NCBI RefSeq assembly: GCF_000281045.1
Contig: NW_008246073.1
Coordinates: 187,495 to 251,494, forward strand
DNA: 64,000 nt
Origin: Saprolegnia diclina VS20
Lineage: Eukaryota
Direction of reading: 5' to 3'
Part shown: piece after piece, positions 23,601 to 34,169 of the stretch
Layout of the letters: every line of letters begins with the position of its first letter
Position numbering within the stretch: the stretch's first letter is position 1
Made by a program: the position numbers and the translations under genes
The notes under the pieces: model-generated
Databases searched by the model: none
What the model was told of the DNA's origin: nothing
The model's input: the letters and a program-made list of their open reading frames with translations, nothing else

Positions 23601-26600
23601 ACGAAGCGCGCGCAGTGTGGAACTATGAGGAGTTCCGCGTGACGTACCACAGCCTCGCCTCGGCACTGGTGGTTGATGGGCTGCACTTGCGCCGGCTGGT
23701 CGCAGTCCAAGCCTCCGACGACGACAACGACAACGACGACGACGAAGAGGACACGTGGCAGCCGCCTTTGCACATGGAAGACATGTTGCTCAAGCAACCG
23801 AAGCGGTTTGTCTCGGCGCTCTACAAGCGCTTCTTGCGCGAGTACCCGTACGCCGAGTTCCGCGGGCAGTTGGTGACGACGACGACGATCCTCCATGTCC
23901 TTGCCCGCGTCGCGTGGCTCTACGAAGGCCAGTACACCTTGTGTGCCGACGACGTTCACCATGTCGTGACGCTGCTCACCGAGACGCGGCGCAAGGACAT
24001 TCTTCTCGCTGGTCTGCGCGCCCTCCGAGCGATCACCAAGTGCCCGGCCCATGCCGCCAAGTTGCTCTCAAGCGAAAGTGCGATTCCATGGCTCGTGCAG
24101 CTGGCGCAGATGGCGCACGTTGCCCAACGGATCGAGCATGATGACGCGCATGCGTCGTGGTGCGTCCATCTCGGTGACGCGCCGTGCACCGGGCCACTCA
24201 CGGTCGCTGGTCTTGCGGCGGCCATCGCCGACATCGACGTCAAGGCGTGTGTCTTCCATGTACACGATGGTACGAGTGATGATTGCGTCGGGCGGTGCCA
24301 GCCACTGGATGTCATTCCGCAGCTGCGCTGGGAGCTCGGCTTGGATGCGACGATCGCGACGTCGGCGGTCGCCGTTGCCCACGATGCTATTCACATTGTG
24401 TGCGACCTCTTGCATGCCAACCCGCTTCTCATTGGGACCACCAAGGTGTTTCCGACGCCGGCGGCGATGCGGCAGACGCACGAACACCTCGCAAAGCTCG
24501 TGCCACTCCTTGCGCAGTACGAGTGCCCGGGGCTCGCCGAACACGTTGGCCACATCCTCGTCACGCTCTTTGACGGCCAGCTGCCGATCGACGACGTGTA
24601 CCTCAGTGGTGTCTTTTACTTGCTCTTTTGCTACAACGGGTCGGCGTTTGCGGACTTTGGCCGGTTCCTCCAGCTCGCGTACGCCAAGCAAGTGCGTCCG
24701 GACGGCACGCCCCGCGCGATTCTGCCCGAGCTCCTGCCTGCTGCGATGCTCTTGCATCTCGAGCGCCTCTCCAAGCACCAAGTGGCCGACCTCTACTGCA
24801 CCAACGACATTGCAACACCCAAGGTCATTTGGAATTCGCGCATGCGGGCGACGCTCCGGGACGCGTGCGTGGCGCACGTGGCCGACTTCAAGCGCGCGTT
24901 GACGCAGCAGATCGCAAGTACGTACACGTATGCACCAATGGCGCCGGTGCGCTACGCCGATCTCGACGACGAGGTCTATGTCTTTGGCTTTTACTTGGAC
25001 CAGTTTGTGCGTGCGATCGACTCGGGCGACGTCGTACCGCTCGACGACGCCAGCGCCTTTCTGCGGCAGCTCACGGTGGCGTGGCGCGCCGAAGTGGACC
25101 GCCCCGGTGCGTCCATGACGCGCGAAGAGGCCGCCGACGTCCTCGGGCTGGCGTCGCCGACGGCTGATTGGAGTGCAATTCGTGCAGCGTACAAGATCAA
25201 GGCGACGGCGACGTGCCCCGAGTACGCCTTGGACGACCGCGGGCAGTTTGACGACGTGCAGGAAGCGTTCGAGGTGCTCACGGCGCCCCGCCCGAGTCTC
25301 TTGACGCCCGGGTACGATGCCGTGCGCTTGCGCCTCATTTTGCAGACCCAGGTCCGCCTTTGCCGATTCTATTCGACGCAGCTCTACACCGGATCGGCGT
25401 TTGATCTCTTTGGCCTCCTCTTGGCCTTTTTACAAGAGCATTGTACATCGTCGGCGCGCGTGCCGAGCCTGACGACGCCGCGCGAGCACGATGAGCTCGT
25501 GCGCTTGGCCGCCGAACTCCTCCTCGAGTCGTGTGTCGTGCTGCCGGCGGCCAACGGCGCGGCGCTGCTGGCCGAAGCCAAGCGCGACGTCCTCGAGGAC
25601 GTGCTCACGCACTGCGTCGACCATTTGTGTGTTGCGAGCAGCGACGTCGATGCGTCGCTGTACGCCGAAGTCGCCAGCCACGTTGTGCAAACGATGGCCA
25701 TGCTCGTGACGACGCCGGCGGGGCGCGACTGGGTACTAGCGAGCGACAGCCTGTTGCGCGACCTCTGGCGTCTTCTCTGGCTCTTCCAGCTGCGCCTCGA
25801 CGACAGCAGTGCGGGCTACCTCTACCGCAGTGTACGCTACGCGCTGGAAGCGATCATGGCCATGACCGAATCCCGTCCACTCCAGGACAAGCTCGTGACA
25901 TCCACAGGCATTCTCTGGCATTTGCTGCAGCTGCTCTTTGCGTACGACCCGTCGCTCGACGTGTCGACGTCGCAGATTGTCGTCCAGAACACCATCTTGT
26001 TTGACCGCCACGCGCCGCCGTCCTCGATTGTCGAGGTCGTGCCCGAAGCCAAGAACGTGCTCAGTGACCTGGCCCTCGGCGTGCTCGCACGGCTCTGCGG
26101 TATCTTCCAGGACGCGCCGGCGCACATGGCGGCGCTCGAGCTCTGCTCGGCGCTCTTGACGCCCAACGGCATTGCGTTTCTTCGCCGACAAAAGAACCGG
26201 CACGCGTTCTTCTGCATGTTCCACGGAGACACGACGTCGCCGCATCTTCTTTGGACGTCGGCGCTTCGAACCGAACTTGGCGCGTACTTGGCGCCAATTG
26301 TCGGCGACATCGAGTCGGTCCCGAGCCGCGACGACGGTGTCCGCTTCCGCTTTGCCGCGTTGGCGACGCACTGCGTGATTGCCAACGTCTACGTTGGTCC
26401 GCTGCTGGACGTCCTCTCGAGTGCGTTAGAGACGCCGTCGGTCGACTTGGTGCGGTCGCTTGCGTTGCCCGAGGCCTTTTACATTGCTCTCTTCAACTTT
26501 GTCGAGAGCGGCAAGCGAGATATGCCCGCGTACGTCGGGTACGGCCTCGACGACGCCGCCATCTTAGGCTACCGCGAGGTCGCGCTGCGCATTCTCGGTT

Positions 26601-28386
26601 TACTCGCTCCGCTCACGCCGGCCTTGGTCGAAGTCGGCGTTCTCCGCTCCAACAGCGGGCTCTCAACTGTCATGAGCTTTGTCCTGCCGCCGACGCACGC
26701 GCTGTTTGCGTCGTCGGCGCTCGATGTCGGGTTTGCCCACGTTGTCGTCCCCGTCGAGCTCTTTGACCGCTTCCGAGAGAGCACGTTGCGCCTCTTGCAC
26801 GTGCTTGGCTCCAGCGAGGCGATCGGAAATGCGCTCTTCCAAGCTGACCTCGTCGTCTTGCTCTTGCATGCGATTCTCGTCGAAGACGACGTGAGTGCTG
26901 AGATGCTGCGGGTCCTCTGGCGCCTCGTGACGTCGGCGCCGTCAATCGCTCGGTTCGTGGTCGAGTCGATCTGGATGTACCACCTCTTGCTGTGGCTGTT
27001 TCCCGATGCGTCGAGCGTGACGGACCATGACTATGGCAAGGTCATGCAAGTCCCCGCGGCCGAGGTCGTGACGGCACTCGCGTCACCCAACAGCGTCGTG
27101 AGCGAAGAAGCTATGAACGTGTGCATTCGCTTTGTGCCTGTGACGCTCGTGTACGAAATCATGTCGGCGCCCGCCAACGTCGAGCGCATCGTGCAGGTAG
27201 CCGCAATGGATCAATGTTTCAAAGTGTCAAGTAGACTTTGGCGTAGGGCAAGTACGAGTCGCCCGACTTGGTGTGGAACGACACAATGCGCGCGCACCTC
27301 CGCCGCGGACTGCATCGGCTGGCGCTGCTCGTGCACCAAACCAAGGGTGGCGACGTCCACGATGAGCTTCTCGCGCTCGACATTGACTACGCCGAGGTGT
27401 ACTCGTACCCGGTCGTCGGCGACGTGTACCTTCTCTTGTACCTTGAGAACCCGATCTACCCCCTGCGCGACCCCAAGTTCTTTCTCGAGTGCCTCGCCGA
27501 AGACTACGAGAAGATCGTCGGGCACTTGCTCGACGCGCCGTCGGACGCGGCCCGGTCAAGCTTCAACCCGGACCTCGTCATGCTGCGGCGGCAGCAGGCG
27601 CAAGTTCTCCCGCTTCTCACGAGCTGCATCATCTGCGTCGTCCGCGTCTTCCCCGTGCTCATCGAGACGCTGCTCTCGCTCAAGATGCACGAGAAGGCGT
27701 GCGGCCTCTTTGTGAGTTATCAAAGCCACCACAAGGAGTCGCGCGACGACGAGATCCTCGTCTGCGAACAGAGTTTGCTGCGGCTCTTCCGGGTCCTCTT
27801 CACCTCGCCCAAAGTGGTGGCCACGCTCGCGTACTCGCCGTTCAACATTCTGAGCCGGCTCTTTGCCCACGTGTACCTGCGGCGGCAAGGCGAGTACCAC
27901 GCCGAGGCAGGGTTCCTCCTCGAGTGCGTTCGCCGCTTTGTGCGCAACTTTCCGGACAACGGCGACCGCAACTCGGACCGCAATGTCGTGTCGATTGTGT
28001 GCAGCTTCAACCTCCTCGAGTCGCTCCTCGAGCTCATTGAGCACCCGATGACGCTCCAGCGCGTGCTCAACCCGATTCTGACGCGCGCCACGATCGTCGC
28101 GATCCTCGTCGACCTCGAGAACCACAAGACGCAGGGCACTGTAGCCCATGGCATCCTCAAGAAGAGCAAGAAATGGGACAAGATCTACCGGCACGAGCCG
28201 ACCGACGCCGTGTGGAACCAGCCCGAAGACAAGTTTTTGACAGGGCCGGCCGCGTCGGCCGATGGCATGATCCGGCAGTACCTTGCGCAAAAAACGCCAA
28301 GTGTCTCGACCAACACGGGGCCTGTGCCGCCGGCGCCCTCGTCGGGGAAGCGCAAGCTCAACGTCAAGGGGTTCTTCGGCCACTAA
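20607..28386 (+). CDS. DNAJC13: RME-8/DNAJC13-like endosomal trafficking protein (multi-exon, about 2500 aa)
   Basis: N-terminal TKLSWKGKYERIF motif; IWN-type repeats (LLWTGTTRDEL, VIWNSRMRATL, LLWTSALRTEL, LVWNDTMRAHL); GYF-like segment; central J-like domain at ~25115-25280. Confidence 0.85.
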
Positions 28387-28657
28387 GCTCACGAACCGAA
28401 TATATGTGCATTGATCGCATGCCTGGTGTTCCTCAAGGCATCGTACTCGGTCCGTTGACAAGGTCGCCAGCGAAACGGTCTAGCGCACTCAAGGGCTAGG
28501 GTCTCCACCTATCCTCGAACATTGCTCTTCTATTTCGCACACCTACGCGGTCGAGGGACGACACGTCGGTGCCGGCAGTACCGAGCGGCGCTGTCATGTC
28601 GATGAACTCGGATACGAGGTCACGCCAAGACGGGTGTATTTGCATTAGCCGCTTGGT

Positions 28658-30442
28658 TTACTGAAGGCGCTGGTACTCGCCGTGGTCCTTGTTGTCCTTG
28701 TAGCGCTTGTAGCAGCGGTACAAAATGTAGAGCAGGATGAGCAGCAAGAAGAGGAGGCAGCCAAGCAAAATGATGCGGTCGAGGTCGTCGACCGAGACCG
28801 TATCGAGCCACGACCCGTTCGAGGTCACTTCGACATGGAACGCGTTGGGCGCATGGGACGTGGGCCATACGACCGAGGTTTCGTTGAGCTTGTTGGCGTC
28901 GACGTCCTTGATCTCGTAATAGTGCTTCTTGTACGCGGGGTACTTGATGGGCGTCGAGTTGAAGTACAGCACGTTGCCGGGCCCGCGGACATCGGTCGTG
29001 ATCGAGTTGCTCGACTGCACGATCGCGTCGCCGCGGCCCGAGTAGTCGATCTTGACGTTCGTGTCGACGCAGAGGAGGCGGCTCGACTCGACGTTGCCGA
29101 CGCCGCTGATCTCGACTTGCTGCTTCTGGCACACGCCGGCGCCGCTTGCATACACGACGCTGCCCGAGCCGTCGACGCTCGAGTAGACATTCTCCACCGT
29201 CAGCGACGTCGAGTAAATGTGAATATCGCCGTAGCCATACGCGCGGCTCGTCACGTTGGTGATCGACGCGGTCTTCAAGAACGCGAAGATCGAGCCGTCG
29301 CCGTTGCTCGTGAGCGAGACCGACGTTGCCGTCGTCAGCGTCGGCCCGAGAAGCTGCACCGAGCCAACATCGGTGGCCGCCACGGTCACCGAGGTGGCGT
29401 TGGTCACGTTGGCCAAGTCAATGTAGAGATCGCCGGTTGCTGTCGACAACGAGAGCGGGCGCTTGGATGCGAGGACGCCAGCCTCGACGAACGCCTCGGC
29501 CGACCCGTGCATCGCGATGCGCTCGAGCGGCGACTGCACGTAGATCTCGACGAGCACGTCGCCGTCGTTGTGGATGCCGGACGCGTTAAAGTCGACAAAA
29601 ATCGTCGAGTTGTCGACCGTCAGCGTGAACTGGTCGATGAGCGTTTGGGACGCGTCGGACGAGGCGTTGGCGCCGATCGAGCCGGAAATCTCGACGACCG
29701 CCGTGATGTACTCGTACTTGGGCTTGCGGTTCTCCGCGCTCAGGCTGAGCCAGCGGGTCCAGCTCGACACAAACACGCGACCCGGCACGTTGGTTTCGAT
29801 CGCAATCAGATTGTCTTCTTCAATGTTCCACTTGCGGTGCGCGCCCGACGCGAGGGCTGTCGCCTGCGTCGCCGACTGCGTCACGGGCAGCACGACGACG
29901 GTCGGCGACGCGGTGGTCGGTGACGACTGCGTCACGGGCAGCACGACGACGGTCGGCGACGCGGTGGTCGGTGACGCGGTGGTCGTGGCGTCACCACCCG
30001 AGGCGCCCACACTGACCTCCTTGGCGATAACGACCTCCGTCGTCGGCGGCGCCGTCGTCACGAGCTTGACTTCGGCCGCGTTGGCGCTGTGCGGCGGCAG
30101 CGGCTGCGCCGTCGGGATCGGCGACGGCGACGGCGCAATGCACGTGTACTTGGCGGCTTCAAAGACGCAGCCGAGGACGTTGGTCGAGTTGTTGATGATG
30201 GCGCAGCACGTGGGCTTGATGATGAGGCGGTCGCCCTTGGACGACACCTGCCCTTCGGCCGGGCACGCGGTCTTGGTCGGCGGTTTGTCGCTGCGGTAGA
30301 TGCCCGAGCAGGGATGCTCGGTGATGCAGTAGCTCGCGCCGCTGTTGAGAAGCGAGACCTCGTTGAGGCCGTCCGGGCAGTTGGAATCGGGCGCGAGGGC
30401 GGCGACCGCGACCGCGAGCGCGAAGAGCACACCCGAGCGCAT
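28658..30442 (-). CDS. Type I membrane surface protein: signal peptide, Cys-rich domain, Thr/Pro stalk, DUF2807 (GIN/adhesin-head)-like beta-repeats, TM
   Basis: MRSGVLFALAVAVAALA signal; repeated GSGSV/GVGNV/GRGDA/GPGNV beta-helix-like units; TM IILLGCLLFLLLILLYILY followed by RCYKRYK. Confidence 0.75.
   Translation of the reverse strand: MRSGVLFALAVAVAALAPDSNCPDGLNEVSLLNSGASYCITEHPCSGIYRSDKPPTKTACPAEGQVSSKGDRLIIKPTCCAIINNSTNVLGCVFEAAKYTCIAPSPSPIPTAQPLPPHSANAAEVKLVTTAPPTTEVVIAKEVSVGASGGDATTTASPTTASPTVVVLPVTQSSPTTASPTVVVLPVTQSATQATALASGAHRKWNIEEDNLIAIETNVPGRVFVSSWTRWLSLSAENRKPKYEYITAVVEISGSIGANASSDASQTLIDQFTLTVDNSTIFVDFNASGIHNDGDVLVEIYVQSPLERIAMHGSAEAFVEAGVLASKRPLSLSTATGDLYIDLANVTNATSVTVAATDVGSVQLLGPTLTTATSVSLTSNGDGSIFAFLKTASITNVTSRAYGYGDIHIYSTSLTVENVYSSVDGSGSVVYASGAGVCQKQQVEISGVGNVESSRLLCVDTNVKIDYSGRGDAIVQSSNSITTDVRGPGNVLYFNSTPIKYPAYKKHYYEIKDVDANKLNETSVVWPTSHAPNAFHVEVTSNGSWLDTVSVDDLDRIILLGCLLFLLLILLYILYRCYKRYKDNKDHGEYQRLQ
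29873..29974. repeat. Perfect 2 x 51-bp coding tandem repeat (SPTTASPTVVVLPVTQS)
   Basis: Units start at 29873 and 29924. Confidence 0.9.
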
Positions 30443-31195
30443 GTCGTCGTCAGGTGATAGGAGCAAAAAGACGCCGAATGACTGCGTGATTGACAATCTT
30501 GCAGCAGCTGGATACCCACGTATTAGTGTAGTGTCGCAGCACACTATTTCCGATGCTATCTTGGTCGACGTCGCGCAGGCATTATTGACCACGGTCTATG
30601 ATGGACGCGTGCAAGGCCAGCATCGCGGTTGCTTTGCTATTACCGTGTGCAGAAAGAGCGTGCGATTGAGAGCAAAGAGCCCAACGCAGCGGTGGCGGAA
30701 GAGGATACGTCGTATCGTGAAAAGGCGGCGCACGGCCGGCTGGATCCATCGATGGCCGCTGCAATTGACGACGCTTTGCATGTACGCAGCACCATCATGA
30801 TGTTCATGCAATGCCACTAGCTACTCGCATGGGTATGCCTCCAGCCCATGCCCCAGCGTACGCCTGGTCGTCGCATCATGCGGGCTGCCACGTGCAATGT
30901 CCACGAGCGTCCTGAGCCGTCAAGAACACCGTTATTGATGCTGCTCAACCGTGCTCGTGTTGGATTGCGCGACAGAATGGGTTCACATCGCGCTACACCA
31001 GGGTGAAGGGTCTTGTGCAGCGCTCGCAAGGGGCCGTGGCCGATCGCCAAACACTATTCCTGCATATAAATGCACACCAATTCCATGGTCCCGAGGCCTG
31101 GAGCGTACCACAAGTAGTGTAATGGTATCCGGCATCGTCCGGATAACGTCGGTATTCGGTGGTTGGAGGCCATTTCGCAGGACCTTCCGAGCAGC

Positions 31196-31621
31196 ATGAG
31201 CGGTCGCATCAGCAACATGGGGCGCATCGCGTACCACGTCGTGGACGCCAAGGGCCAAGTGGTCGGGCGGCTGGCGTCGCAGCTGGCGCCGATCCTGCGC
31301 GGCAAGCACAAACCGACGTACGCGCCCAACGTCGACTGCGGCGACGTCGTCGTCGTCCTCAACGCCAAGGACATTGTGCTCACGGGCAACAAGTGGGACG
31401 ACAAGCTCTACCGGTGGCACACGGGCTTCCCCGGCGGCCTCAAGACGCGCACGGCCAAGCAGATCAAGGAGAAGGACGAAGGCGACGTGCTCCGGAAGGC
31501 CGTCATGGGCATGCTCCCGAAGAACAAGATGCGCGCGCTGCAGATCGCCAAGCTCAAGATCTTTGCCGGCGACGAGCACACGTTCCAGGCGGAATTGGGC
31601 GAGAACCCCAAGTTCCTCTAA
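31196..31621 (+). CDS. MRPL13: Mitochondrial ribosomal protein uL13
   Basis: VVDAKGQVVGRLAS, LRGKHKPTY, DCGDVVVVLNA, HTGFPGGLK, AVMGMLPKN: bacterial-type L13. Confidence 0.95.
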   Translation: MSGRISNMGRIAYHVVDAKGQVVGRLASQLAPILRGKHKPTYAPNVDCGDVVVVLNAKDIVLTGNKWDDKLYRWHTGFPGGLKTRTAKQIKEKDEGDVLRKAVMGMLPKNKMRALQIAKLKIFAGDEHTFQAELGENPKFL

Positions 31622-31945
31622 ATTTAATAGGCCCTAGCACGGACGAACCGGCGACAATAGATAGACGTGTTTGCCGTCGTGTGCACCAGCCTCTCCGACG
31701 TCGAAATATGGCAATCCCAAGCATCACACGCGCTGCGTCCCTGCGCTCAGCCACGCTATCATGACGCTTGGGAGCATGCAGTCGTCAGCGGCCCGTGGTG
31801 TGCCAGTATCGGCGCCGGTCGACGGTGAAAGCAAGGAGGAAGAAGCTTAAATTACGGGTTACGAGCAGTACGATCGCTAGGCTGTCGCGTGGTGCTGCTC
31901 TAACTGGGCTGCAAAAATCAAAAATACAACGCGTCGTCGTCGTCG

Positions 31946-33154
31946 TTAGCGGCCGCTGTTCGGGGCTTGCGCGAGCGAGCTGAGAAAGCCCGCGACCTCA
32001 AGGACATCGCCCGTCTCGGACGTGGGCTTGGAGGCAAAGTAGGCGTTGGCGTGGTTGCGCACCTGCTCCTTCGACTTGGTCTTGACGTGCTCTTGCACCT
32101 TCTTCCACTTGCGCCCATAGCGCTTGAGGCCGTCGACAAAGAGGTCGTGCTCCTCCGACGTCCACTTGGCGCGCTTGGCGTCCTTGTTGCTCGGCGCAAT
32201 GGAAAAGTCAAACGAGGCTTGCTGCCCCGCGGGCGTCGTCAGCGACTCGCCTCGGCCATGGTAGCGTTGCAGCTCTTCGCAGCTAATCATGGCCAGCGCA
32301 TCGACGCCGGCGAATCCGTCTCCGCTGGGGGTCTTGCGCTTCTTGTTCTTGGGCGCCAGCGCTAAAATACGATAAGAGATCGATCGACAACAGGCGAGAA
32401 GGATGGCTACCGGCGGGACGGGAGGAGCGCTTGGACGCCTTCGCAGCTGCCTCGTCGGCCGACGACGAGGGGAGCCGCGTGGTCGTCACGCCGTGTTTGG
32501 CCTGAAAAGCCATGATTTGCTGGGACGCAAAGGTCTCGTGCATCTTGCGCTTGGCCAAGTTTTCTTGCTTGCGCCGCGTCATGTCGAGGATGCGCTTGCG
32601 CAAAAGAAGCTTGATGTCGGCGTCCGAGAGGTCCTTGATGCGGTTCTCATACGGGTTGCCCGAGAGACCCGTCTTGTACACTTGGGGCGGAATGCTAGTT
32701 GTATAGTAGCGGTTGCTTGGCGACACGTCGCGCAACTCGAACGGCAAGCTCGTGGCTTCGTTCGACATTGCGGTCTCCTTGACATCGACGCCTGGCGACG
32801 AGGCCTACGTAGCGCATGGGCGAGGCGTCGTAGGCGGAGTGGGCGTACCGTGGCATTGCCGTTGCCCACGAGGCTGTTTTCCTTCGCATGGTTGCAGTCG
32901 CCGACCGCCGGTTGCTGGAGCTTCTCGGCCAAGAGCGACGCACACACAGAGCTCTTCATGGTCTCGATAGAGCGCAGGTCCTTGCCGCTCATCATGGACT
33001 TGTAGTACGCGGTGGCATATTCGTACACTTCCTGCACACTCTTCGAGTCGATGGCCCGCGAGATCCGGTTCCAGTCCGAGCCAAACTTGGCGAGCGCATC
33101 GGCGAACTTGACGCGCTCGTCGTCGCTCCATCCATGGTGCTCCATGATCATCAT
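31946..33154 (-). CDS. Myb/SANT transcription factor with two separated repeats (SHAQKYF-like), about 3 exons
   Basis: GWSDDERVKFADALAKFGSDW and KWTSEEHDLFVDGLKRYGRKW..QVRNHANAYF; basic PKNKKRK between them. Confidence 0.85.
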
Positions 33155-33365
33155 GCTGCGGCTAGTCGTCGTCTAGCTGTACAGACCGCGGTACCGGCAA
33201 AGTCCCGACTGCCACGGTTTCCAGAACCGCGGCCCCAATTCGAAATTATTAAAAACTACAATCGTATTTTTTACCGATTCACAACGTATACTGTATATTT
33301 GTATGACGAATAAGACATGTGAATTTAAATAAGCTCTTTTTCTTTTTTCGACCACCCGCCACCTG

Positions 33366-33782
33366 GATTGGCCAGTTCGAGTACGGAGCCCTACCCCTAT
33401 CGTAACGCCGGCCGCCCTCAACCTTTTTTGACTCGGTCTTTGTATGCCCTTGGATAAGACAGCTTTTTGACCAATCGCAAGGCGCCAATTAACGTTTTGC
33501 GATCCTGGGTCCCACAGTAGCCGACAGAGAAGGAGATCTTCCGACGATCGCAAGTGCAGAGCCGAGGTCGTGCGTCAGGCAACGATCGTCGTCGAGAAGG
33601 GCCGCCGTGATTGCTGCCTCCGCATGGATGGCTCGGTTCGGTTGCAGTGCGGTTGCGTGCGGTTGGGCGGTTGGCGGGAACGCGTCGCGCCTGTCGATGG
33701 ATTTCAGCCAATCCGCAACGTTGTTATCACATACACGATATGGATTGGCTGAAAAAGATACGCGCTGCGGATTGGCGCAAAA
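33366..33782. promoter_or_regulatory. Cluster of CCAAT/ATTGG boxes in the divergent intergenic region, including a 13-bp inverted repeat
   Basis: GATTGG/CCAATC at about 33366, 33471, 33708, 33743 and 33770. TTTCAGCCAATCC (33702-33714) is the reverse complement of GGATTGGCTGAAA (33742-33754). Confidence 0.5.
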
Positions 33783-34169
33783 GAATATCCCGCCATCATG
33801 CTCTGCGTCGGCAGTTGCTGACGGCGGCCCGCATCGACACCTCGGCATCATCCATTCGGTTTGCACCACATGCGTGTTGGGTTTAACCTTAGTCCACGTT
33901 GAACGCGAGGGGTTGAATGGGTTGAAGGCTGTTTAAACGGATAAAACGCTCCTGGTTTTGAAAACGACGTAAAAAACACACGCCGTTCAAAACCCGTACC
34001 GCCGTACACGTACATTGCTTTTCATTGATCGTACGTACGCTTACTCTCTGTAGTTGTATGGAGGTACTGTGGCGAACGTACGATGTATGGGAAAGAGCGA
34101 AGTGAGGGACTGGCTGTTGAAAACAGGTCGCAGTTTTTTTCGCGATTCCAACAGGCGAGCACGAGCAGC

